This document shows, in pieces, positions 9,008 through 16,870 of a stretch of 26,234 nucleotides of DNA. Source of the stretch: Promethearchaeota archaeon (lineage in GTDB: Archaea > Asgardarchaeota > Lokiarchaeia > Sigyniarchaeales > SOKP01). Made by a program: the position numbers and the translations under genes. The stretch is from contig RDOE01000046.1 of the NCBI GenBank assembly GCA_011364975.1, positions 1-26,234 of the forward strand, in the 5' to 3' direction. The notes below the pieces were generated by a model. It was given only the letters and a program-made list of their open reading frames with translations, did no database searches and was not told the origin of the DNA. Within the stretch, counting starts at the first letter, position 1; each line of letters begins with the position of its first letter.

Positions 9008-9235
9008 ATGGCATGGACCCCTCCAAGTAAATTTACTGTATTTCTGTCGTTCCTCTTATTAGCTGGAGGATTGTTTATACTGATAGAATTGATTTTCACT
9101 CCTATTGGATTAGCCTTTCCCGTAATCACTGTAACAGGATTCTCATCGTTCCAAATTTGGGTCATGATTGGGTTAGGATTAGTCTTTCTTTCATGGATTT
9201 TGTTTTTATTAGGAGTAAGACTTAAAGGTATGTAA
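9008..9235 (+). CDS. Small membrane protein (2 TM helices), unknown function
   Basis: ATG preceded by GGTG; two hydrophobic stretches; T-tract right after the stop. Confidence 0.7.
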   Translation: MAWTPPSKFTVFLSFLLLAGGLFILIELIFTPIGLAFPVITVTGFSSFQIWVMIGLGLVFLSWILFLLGVRLKGM

Positions 9236-9247
9236 TCAAAACTTCCC

Positions 9248-9263
9248 TTTTTTTATTTTTTTT
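9248..9263 (+). terminator. Oligo-T archaeal terminator
   Basis: TTTTTTTATTTTTTTT starting 13 nt after the stop of 9008-9235. Confidence 0.55.
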
Positions 9264-9400
9264 AAAAAAACCTTGATTAATCTATTATTGACTTAATAAA
9301 ATTTTTAAAATTTCAAAGATTTAGAATTACTTGTACTAACCGTAATTTACTTATGGAAATTACGAAAATACATCAAAACATAGTACAAATACTACAAAAA

Positions 9401-9450
9401 AAACTTTAAAAAACTTTTAATCTAAAAAACAAAGAAAAAAACTATATAAA
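9401..9450 (+). promoter_or_regulatory. Candidate alba promoter (TATA-like boxes with A-rich BRE)
   Basis: Tandem AAACTTTAAA/AAACTTTTAA (9401-9420) and TATATAAA (9443-9450). The latter looks too close to the ATG, so the true box is uncertain. Confidence 0.35.
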
Positions 9451-9466
9451 TCAAGTGTATAAAAAA

Positions 9467-9748
9467 ATGCCTAGCAAAGAAGAAAATGCCGTATTTGTCG
9501 GCAGAAGACCTACAATGAACTACGTTATGGCCACTATGATGATTCTTAACAAAGGAGAAGAATGCACCGTTAAGGCCAGAGGTAGAGCGATCTCACATGC
9601 AGTTGATGTATGTGAAATTTTAAGAAACCGATTCTTAAAGGGTACAGAATACAAAGAGATTAAACTTAGTACCGAACAGCTTGAAGGAGAAAATGGACAA
9701 AACAATAATGTTTCAAGTATCGAAATTGTACTAGCTCCTCCAAAATAA
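9467..9748 (+). CDS. albA: DNA/RNA-binding chromatin protein Alba (Sac10b family)
   Basis: 'VFVGRRPTMNYV', 'VKARGRAISHAVDV', 'VSSIEIVL'; ATG at 9467. Confidence 0.95.
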   Translation: MPSKEENAVFVGRRPTMNYVMATMMILNKGEECTVKARGRAISHAVDVCEILRNRFLKGTEYKEIKLSTEQLEGENGQNNNVSSIEIVLAPPK

Positions 9749-9751
9749 ACA

Positions 9752-9810
9752 GAGGAAAGTCAATAATCCTCATCGGTTAAACAATTTAAAAACCACTCTT
9801 TTTTTTTATT
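9752..9810 (+). terminator. alba terminator (short hairpin plus T-tract)
   Basis: GAGGA/TCCTC stem (9752-9771) and a run of T at 9799-9807. Confidence 0.5.
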
Positions 9811-9898
9811 ATTAACTTTTCTTTCCCATAGTAATTTGATAATTCTTTATTTAGAAATATAATAAGAATTAAAAAAAGAAAAGTAGTTTTAAAGGGGA

Positions 9899-11695
9899 CT
9901 ATAAACTAATTTTAATAATTTTTTTTCGTTTCTGGATTTGAATCATACTAATTATACCTAGAAATATTGCAATTATGTAAAAGAGCGATGGAGAGGATAT
10001 TGTAGGAATTTCTGGTTCTTGATAAATAAACTTGAGGACTAAGGTTGATTGTGTACAGATTATATCTTGATTAAAAGTTTGAAAAATAGCTGAATTATCA
10101 ATACCTCGATTATTAATTGCAAAAGTTATTCTTAGATTCTCATCTAGTAGCCAGATTTGTAAATCATCATTTCTCCCAATTAAAATACCATTTTCAATCG
10201 TTGAATAACCCAAAGGAGGTTCAACAACAACCTGTGCCCCGTATATATCAGAAAAATCAATAAAATCTGTTGTAATAATTTCTCTATCCATTGATCCATC
10301 AGGTATTATAAAAAGAGTGTTATTATACGCCTCATAAACATAAATATTTCCATATACATCTGTTACTCCAACAACTTTGGTGGAATTTTCAAAAGTTGTT
10401 GTTATACGGTAATCCATTGGATTATTTATCGGTATTCGATAAATATTAGACTTATTTTGAGGAGAATTTTCTGTTAGGAGGATAATTTCAGAATTTTTTA
10501 CGTCATAGTGAATGGATTTAGCCCATTCATGAATTTCATTCTCAAACCAATCCTCAAAGGAACCATCCTGATTGACTCGTACAATCGCTACGGTATCATT
10601 TGATAACAAAGCATAAATATTATTATCCACATCTAATATAAGTTTTGAAATAGGAATATTATACGGATTCTTACTAAAATAAGTTGGTCCTGATGCATTT
10701 ATTTTATATATAGTATCTCCTATAACATAAAAAATGTTACCCTCAAATGTTTCTATTACTGTATTAGAGTTTACTGTCGGAGTAAGCAATTCTGCTTCTG
10801 ATTTCCCTGGGTCATAACCTATTAGGCATCCTCCAAAACTTCCTGCTGCAACGAACATTTGTAATTTGGTAGACCAAGTTAATGTACTCATTCCTACCTT
10901 TGACGCCATTAGTAATACAAAAGAATTATTTTCATATTTATAGAAACCTCGGTTGTTACCATCTGCTGTCATGTAATATAACTCATCATTATCATCAACG
11001 TCAATACCGATAACTTCTTGTGTTCCTGGAAGTCCAATTCCGTTTCTTAAGGTTGTTATATCAGAAGTAGTTAAATTCATCATAGAAATCGAACCCAGAT
11101 ATGTTTCAGCGAAATATAGAATACTCTGATTATTATTTAAGATAATTTGACTACATCCTTGGACATTTGGAAGGATTGTTGCAAGGAAATTACCATCAGC
11201 ATCAAACTTTAGAATATCTGTCCCATTATATATTGAACCACAATAGAACGAATCATCTGTTGGATCGAGCGTCATTGTTGTTAAAGGTATTCCATAGGAA
11301 TAATTTTTCAAAAAAGTGAACCCACTTGCAGTTATAGTATAAAATCCGAATTCATTTATTCCTAAAAAACGATTATAAATAGGTTGATAAATAATATCGC
11401 TTAGTGAAATCGATATCGTGACATATTCTGTATGAACACCAAATTCATCCATTTTCATTACAACTAAATTGAGGTTATCAATATAGTATAGATCGTTATT
11501 TTGACCTATACATTTTGGGCCGGGTGGATGAGGAATTTCATATATTGGTAAAACATCCCAGCCTGCTCTAACTTCTCTCATAGGATCAGAAGGATTAGCA
11601 ACCACATTTAGAGTAAAAAGATAGTAGTTAATGGAAAGACCCAATATCAAAATTATAATATAAAATCTGAACTTTTTAAGCAGCATAATTACCAA
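9899..11695 (-). CDS. Secreted multi-blade beta-propeller protein with C-terminal membrane anchor
   Basis: Signal peptide ('KKFRFYIIILILGL...VVA'), recurring blade-like units ('IGIDVDDNDELYY', 'VTDVYGNIYVYE'), many N-x-S/T sequons, C-terminal TM plus basic tail. Start may be ATG 11686. Confidence 0.75.
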   Translation of the reverse strand: MVIMLLKKFRFYIIILILGLSINYYLFTLNVVANPSDPMREVRAGWDVLPIYEIPHPPGPKCIGQNNDLYYIDNLNLVVMKMDEFGVHTEYVTISISLSDIIYQPIYNRFLGINEFGFYTITASGFTFLKNYSYGIPLTTMTLDPTDDSFYCGSIYNGTDILKFDADGNFLATILPNVQGCSQIILNNNQSILYFAETYLGSISMMNLTTSDITTLRNGIGLPGTQEVIGIDVDDNDELYYMTADGNNRGFYKYENNSFVLLMASKVGMSTLTWSTKLQMFVAAGSFGGCLIGYDPGKSEAELLTPTVNSNTVIETFEGNIFYVIGDTIYKINASGPTYFSKNPYNIPISKLILDVDNNIYALLSNDTVAIVRVNQDGSFEDWFENEIHEWAKSIHYDVKNSEIILLTENSPQNKSNIYRIPINNPMDYRITTTFENSTKVVGVTDVYGNIYVYEAYNNTLFIIPDGSMDREIITTDFIDFSDIYGAQVVVEPPLGYSTIENGILIGRNDDLQIWLLDENLRITFAINNRGIDNSAIFQTFNQDIICTQSTLVLKFIYQEPEIPTISSPSLFYIIAIFLGIISMIQIQKRKKIIKISL

Positions 11696-11912
11696 ATTTG
11701 ATCCTTTTTTTTATTATTAAATGAATTTTGCTAAAAAAATTTAATTTATATTACCTAAAAAAGAGAATTGAAAGAAAGCCTAAATTAAATAAATTCTCTC
11801 CACGCAAATTAACAACATTTAATAATACAAATGGTAATAATAAATATTAATAAAACACAGTTTTTTGTTTTATTACCTTTATTTCAAAATATAAAAAGAG
11901 GAATAGTTGAAA

Positions 11913-12113
11913 ATGGCTAAAAAAACAGGTAAGGTAGAACCCCTATTCGTAAAATCAAAAGTAAGAGAATATATTAAATCTAAGGATATGAATACTAGCT
12001 CAGGAGTATTGGATGGAGAAGCTTTAAATAATATGATAACCTGGATGTTAGATAGAGCAGTACAACGTGCCCAAGGAAACGGAAGAAAAACCGTAAAAGC
12101 ACGAGACATATAA
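11913..12113 (+). CDS. Histone-fold protein, short-alpha3 type (face-to-face / bacterial-like histone)
   Basis: 'LFVKSKVREYIK..DMNTS...LDRAVQRAQGNGRKTVKARDI*': L2 RKTV motif, R-D clamp, stop right after a truncated alpha3. GAGG upstream; TTG 11907 is an alternative start. Confidence 0.88.
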   Translation: MAKKTGKVEPLFVKSKVREYIKSKDMNTSSGVLDGEALNNMITWMLDRAVQRAQGNGRKTVKARDI

Positions 12114-12141
12114 AAAATATGATAATTTAATAATTTCAAAA

Positions 12142-12154
12142 TTTTTTTTTATTT
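12142..12154 (+). terminator. Oligo-T terminator of histone gene
   Basis: T9 run about 30 nt after the stop, in the gap between the convergent histone and rad50 genes. Confidence 0.45.
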
Positions 12155-12180
12155 CAAATTAAAGTAAGGAAATTATTGAA

Positions 12181-14280
12181 TTAGATCAATTGTACTAATT
12201 TTTGTTTTTCAAATTTAGCTGTACTGATCCCAGTTGTATGATCCTTATCCACTATAATTTTGTGGGTATGAATATCGGTAGGAATTGCGGTGTGTGTGAT
12301 TAGAAATATTTGAGAGAAGGTTTGTGATTTGATGAGATGTTTGAGAATCCTCTCTCTACGAGTTTCATCTAAAGCTGCGAGAGGTTCATCCAGAAGCAAA
12401 AAATCAATCTTTGGATTTTTCTTAGGGGAATCCTTTGTTGGTCTTATTTTACTCATTAATTCTGAAATGGATAATCTTAAAGCCATTCCTAAAGCGGTTT
12501 TGTCACCCCCTGAAAGAACTTCAATTGATTCATGCACATTATTAAAATTATCTCTTATTTTAAGAGATAATCCGGTTTTTCTACTGCCAGAAAGATCGAG
12601 TAATAAATCACTGTATTGTCCAGAAGTAAAGTCTTTAATATATTTATTTGTGGTTAAAGCGATATTTTTCACCAATCTTTTAACTACCATATACTCGGTC
12701 ACAAATCTCCGCACATATTCTTTAGCTTTATTCAAATGGTCAAGATCAATTTCTAAATCACCAATTTTTTTTTCCAGTTCTTTCATGCGCTCGATTTCTT
12801 TTTGGAGATTTTCAATTTTTTTTTTATTTGATTCAATATATTCTTTTTTTTCTTCTATATCACGTTTTATAGAAATTAATTCTGTTCCAAACTTCTCTTT
12901 TTCAATAACTAGTTTTTTAATATTATCAGGGCTCGGATCTTTTATTTGAGATTTGATACTTTTAAGTGTTGTATCAAGCTCAGTCTGAATTTGAACAGAT
13001 TCTTTTTGATACTTTAAGATATTTTCATAATCACTTTTTAAATTTTCGATTTGAAATAATTGCTCATTATATTTATCTATTTGAGTTTGAAAACCATCTA
13101 ATTCAATATCAAAATTATCTAATAAACTCATTATAGCTTTTATTTTTTCTTGGTAAATAATAAGATCTTGATTGAATTCTTGAATCATTTCCTCATAATG
13201 TTCTTTAGTTAATACACTTTGGCAGGTAGGGCATTTTATACTTTCATTTTTTGCTTCATTTGTGGAAAATTGAAAGCTCTCTTGCATTTTACTAATTTTG
13301 CTTTGCACATCTTCAATGCGACCTTTGGTTTTTCCTAAGCCTCTTGTTGTTGCTATTTTTTTCTTATCAAGTAAATCCTTTTTGCTTATTAGATTATTTT
13401 TTTCACGAGTAAGTGTATTTACAATTTTAACTACATTTTGTGTCTTTTCGAAATCCTCTAATTTTAAACTAGAATTGCTTAATTTCTTGGAAAAATCTTC
13501 CTTAAATGACGCTAACTTGTCTAACGAATTTTCAATTTGTTTATATAAACTTTCTAATTGACTAATTATATCATTTGAGGGGAAAGATTTAAGCTTACTT
13601 TCGATTTCAGTTGCTTTTTTCGTATTAACCGAAAGTAATTTTTTGAATTGACTTATTTCATTTATCGTTCTTTCAATATCTTCTTCAATTCGTTCAAGAG
13701 GCACTCTGGATTTTTCTAACTGCTCTTTATTAAATCTTTTTGTCTTAGTTTCGCTATCAAGAATATTTAACGCATCATCGATAATATTGAGTCTAAATAA
13801 ATCAATAATCATTTCACGTAATTCTGCCCCTTTCTTATTTGCTAATTCTTCAACCTCCCCTTGTCTTACAAATACAGTACTCAATGCTTGTTCAGCAGAA
13901 ATTTCAAAAAAAGCTTCAATATTGAAATCTTTGATTTCACGGTATTGATTGGATTTATCCATTTTAAACAATTTTACGGATACACTACTCCCTCTTCCCC
14001 ATTTACGATAAAGATAATATTTCTCCTTATCTAATACAAAATATAAATAAATTTCTGCTTTATCTTGTACTCCATAAGTAATAAATGATTCTGCATTACG
14101 CCCTTTAAATAATTTTGGTCCAAAAAAAGCAAAGAGTATTCCTTCTAAAATGGTAGATTTTCCATACGAATTTTTACCACTTATTAAGATTAACCCTTTA
14201 GGTAAATCCTCATTTCCGTGGGGTAATATCAATTGTTTATACCCCATGAAGTTTTTAAATTGAATCTTAGTTATTTGCAT
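12181..14280 (-). CDS. rad50: DNA double-strand break repair ATPase Rad50 (SMC/SbcC family)
   Basis: Walker A 'GKNSYGKS', Q-loop 'VRQGE', central zinc hook 'CPTC' in coiled coil, signature 'LSGGDK', Walker B 'LLLDEP', H-loop 'LITH'. Confidence 0.95.
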   Translation of the reverse strand: MQITKIQFKNFMGYKQLILPHGNEDLPKGLILISGKNSYGKSTILEGILFAFFGPKLFKGRNAESFITYGVQDKAEIYLYFVLDKEKYYLYRKWGRGSSVSVKLFKMDKSNQYREIKDFNIEAFFEISAEQALSTVFVRQGEVEELANKKGAELREMIIDLFRLNIIDDALNILDSETKTKRFNKEQLEKSRVPLERIEEDIERTINEISQFKKLLSVNTKKATEIESKLKSFPSNDIISQLESLYKQIENSLDKLASFKEDFSKKLSNSSLKLEDFEKTQNVVKIVNTLTREKNNLISKKDLLDKKKIATTRGLGKTKGRIEDVQSKISKMQESFQFSTNEAKNESIKCPTCQSVLTKEHYEEMIQEFNQDLIIYQEKIKAIMSLLDNFDIELDGFQTQIDKYNEQLFQIENLKSDYENILKYQKESVQIQTELDTTLKSIKSQIKDPSPDNIKKLVIEKEKFGTELISIKRDIEEKKEYIESNKKKIENLQKEIERMKELEKKIGDLEIDLDHLNKAKEYVRRFVTEYMVVKRLVKNIALTTNKYIKDFTSGQYSDLLLDLSGSRKTGLSLKIRDNFNNVHESIEVLSGGDKTALGMALRLSISELMSKIRPTKDSPKKNPKIDFLLLDEPLAALDETRRERILKHLIKSQTFSQIFLITHTAIPTDIHTHKIIVDKDHTTGISTAKFEKQKLVQLI

Positions 14281-14287
14281 TATTATT

Positions 14288-15598
14288 CTACTCCTCTGGC
14301 TGCTTCTCCATTACCCTAAGAGCTTTTTTTATTGCCTGCATACCAAAATTAGTGAGTTTATTTAGATCAAAGTTAGTTTTATCCTCAGTTAGTTTTTCAT
14401 TCACAAAATTTCTAAATTCCTCATCAGGCTTTTCAAGAATAAAATCTTCAATTATACCAGCACTGATGTCGTCTTCTAGTTGCTCTGAAATATCAGAGAT
14501 ATTCCATATTATTTGTAGTATGTTATATTTTTCAGGTTGAGAAAAGATTTCTCGTCTGATTCTGGACATTAACTCATTTATCTGCCAATTTTTTTCAAAT
14601 GTAATTTCCCCACTAAAATTAAACTTTAATCTTGCTGAAGTTTTATAATCAAAACCTTCTTTAGTAATACATGCAGTAAGTTCATTCATTATCAATGTTT
14701 CTAAATCCTTAGAGGTTTGACTGGGATTTGTATCGATTGATACAACTTCAAACCTTCTTTTTAATAAATTATTAATAAACACCTTGTTTACATTTAAATT
14801 TTTACTCTTATCATCGAGATCAACTATCAGATATCCTTGATTCTCATATACTTCTTTAAAATTCATTGGTAAGAGACTTCCCGTATAAAAGTGATTTTTT
14901 GAAACAGCCTTTAACCCATGTTCATGTCCTAAAGCTACATAATCATATCCAAAGTCATCAGAATATACTTTATTGTGCAATGTATTATCACCATTAGAAC
15001 CATGAGCTAAGGCAATGTTTATGTAATTATCATTTTTTGGAGGTCTTTGTTGCTCTATCCAATTATCATAAGCATTTGCATAGGACTCTTGTGCATTAAA
15101 TTCAAAATAAGGAAAAAGGTAAAATCTAACTTTTTTAACCTTAAACTCTAAACTCAAAGGAGAATTAGATTTAATAGCATTTATTAAATCCCTTTCTTTG
15201 AAATAGTATAAATTAGGATATATTTCTTTTTCAAAATGAGATTCAAAAGGAGTATAATCATATCCTTTAAACACACCATGATTACCTTCAATATATATGA
15301 AGGGAACTTTTTCATTTGTTTGTTTAAAAAATAGATTTAAACCTTCTTTTAAAGTTCTACGAGCAGGTTCTGGTGGAGGGTAAGAACTATTCTCTGAAGG
15401 AAGATGGAACATATCACCGCAATGAACAACGAAGTCTAGATCTTTAAGGTTAGAAATCTCATCGATTACCCTTAGAAAAATATCATAAATTTCTTGTTCA
15501 TACGGTTTAGAATAATTTTCAATAGCCCATTTGTTTATTACTCCCCTTCTAGCTCTATATCCTAGATGAGAGTCTGCCATATGGATAATTTTAACCAA
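14288..15598 (-). CDS. mre11: DNA repair nuclease Mre11 (SbcD-like metallophosphoesterase)
   Basis: 'HMADSHLG', 'CGDMFH', 'EGNHG', 'AHG', 'DYVALGHEH', 'YTGSL'; 7 nt from the rad50 start, with GAGGAG in its last codons. Confidence 0.93.
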   Translation of the reverse strand: MVKIIHMADSHLGYRARRGVINKWAIENYSKPYEQEIYDIFLRVIDEISNLKDLDFVVHCGDMFHLPSENSSYPPPEPARRTLKEGLNLFFKQTNEKVPFIYIEGNHGVFKGYDYTPFESHFEKEIYPNLYYFKERDLINAIKSNSPLSLEFKVKKVRFYLFPYFEFNAQESYANAYDNWIEQQRPPKNDNYINIALAHGSNGDNTLHNKVYSDDFGYDYVALGHEHGLKAVSKNHFYTGSLLPMNFKEVYENQGYLIVDLDDKSKNLNVNKVFINNLLKRRFEVVSIDTNPSQTSKDLETLIMNELTACITKEGFDYKTSARLKFNFSGEITFEKNWQINELMSRIRREIFSQPEKYNILQIIWNISDISEQLEDDISAGIIEDFILEKPDEEFRNFVNEKLTEDKTNFDLNKLTNFGMQAIKKALRVMEKQPEE

Positions 15599-15642
15599 AT
15601 TTCTTTACTCCATTTAACGATTTGTAATAAATATTTAAGATT

Positions 15643-16842
15643 TTATTCACCTAACACCTTTTTCCTCCATTCTTGCGCATAATTTTTTGTTTTTTTATTG
15701 AATTGTAACTCTAAAAAAGCACTTTCTAATTTATTATATTCTGAGACGAGTAATGTGCTAGCTTCATGCGCCCCACTTAAACTCAAGGGATATCCTCTTG
15801 GAGAATAGGGTATTAAACTTTTCAAAGCATAGATGGCATCTTTTGTATCTAAATAGTCACAAACATCGAATCTTAAAGCTGAACTAGATTGATTCAATTT
15901 TGCAATATAAGCTTTACTTTTAGTATATATTGAGAGATCTGGTAATTCTACTAAGAAATTACTATCATTTAATATCTCCGCCCATATAGGTAATATAAAA
16001 TTACCCTGAGCATCTCTTAGACGACAAGTTTTTGAAAAACTGTAATACTTTATATTAAAAGTCTCAATAAATTTGTAAAAGAATTCAGTAAAGGCGCTTG
16101 GTGGAAAAATGTGTTGCCGAAACATTTGAATTCCATCACCAAGAAAAACTACATTTTCATTTTTTCCCCAGTTACTTACATCTTTAATTCTAATAAGGGA
16201 TTTTAAAATTTCGTCAGCTGTTCTTATTCTGTCTATTACATGCCCTATCGTTGGATAGTAAAAATCATGTGCATTAATGTGTTCTTCTATTTTTGTTTTA
16301 TATGTCGATTTGTACCAATTAACTAATTTATCTACTTTAATTTTTAAATTGTTTATATAGAAATCTCTTTTAATAGTTTTTATAAAATTCTCTATTACCG
16401 TTTGGTATATTATAAGTTTATGTTCATTATCTTCAATATAAGTACTAATCGGTTTGTACATAATCTTTTCTATATTGTATTTGCCCTTCTCAAAAATAAT
16501 TTGACATTCACCAAATTTAAAAGATGCTAATTTGGCATATGTACCACTTAAGACGTTTGAACTCTCATCAAAGCCGATTATTTTATAACCATCATCAATA
16601 TAATCGATTAATTCATCTTTAATAATGTGATAAGGCATATCTATAAAGATGGAATTAGTATTTTTAAGACTTTCATCATTGTCAAATTTATCTGTTTCTA
16701 ATTCAATCTTTTCTTCTTCTGTCCATTTTACTCTTCGTTCTTGAATGTAATCTTTAAATTTTTTAACTTCTTCGTCAATTGATTTTTCTGGTCTTTCTTC
16801 AAAAGATTTTTCCAGCGATATTAATTCAAAGTCAAATGAAAT
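15643..16842 (-). CDS. nurA: NurA 5'-3' nuclease (divergent)
   Basis: 'IIGFDES', 'VFLGDGI', 'GYPLSLSGAHEAS' (NurA GYP..L..AH motif); lies between herA and mre11. The frame is open 68 codons upstream of ATG 16638, to ATT 16842. Confidence 0.82.
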   Translation of the reverse strand: MSFDFELISLEKSFEERPEKSIDEEVKKFKDYIQERRVKWTEEEKIELETDKFDNDESLKNTNSIFIDMPYHIIKDELIDYIDDGYKIIGFDESSNVLSGTYAKLASFKFGECQIIFEKGKYNIEKIMYKPISTYIEDNEHKLIIYQTVIENFIKTIKRDFYINNLKIKVDKLVNWYKSTYKTKIEEHINAHDFYYPTIGHVIDRIRTADEILKSLIRIKDVSNWGKNENVVFLGDGIQMFRQHIFPPSAFTEFFYKFIETFNIKYYSFSKTCRLRDAQGNFILPIWAEILNDSNFLVELPDLSIYTKSKAYIAKLNQSSSALRFDVCDYLDTKDAIYALKSLIPYSPRGYPLSLSGAHEASTLLVSEYNKLESAFLELQFNKKTKNYAQEWRKKVLGE

Positions 16843-16870
16843 TTACATCAACCTCATGTTTATAATAATT

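Noticed and set aside
8965-9165. 66-aa - strand ORF
   Set aside because: Overlaps the better supported + strand membrane protein.
9520-9705. 61-aa - strand ORF
   Set aside because: Antisense to alba.
11879-12139. 86-aa - strand ORF
   Set aside because: Antisense to the histone gene.
12329-14540. + strand ORFs 12329-12949, 13298-13561 and 14352-14540
   Set aside because: S/F/L-rich antisense shadows of E/K-rich rad50 and mre11.
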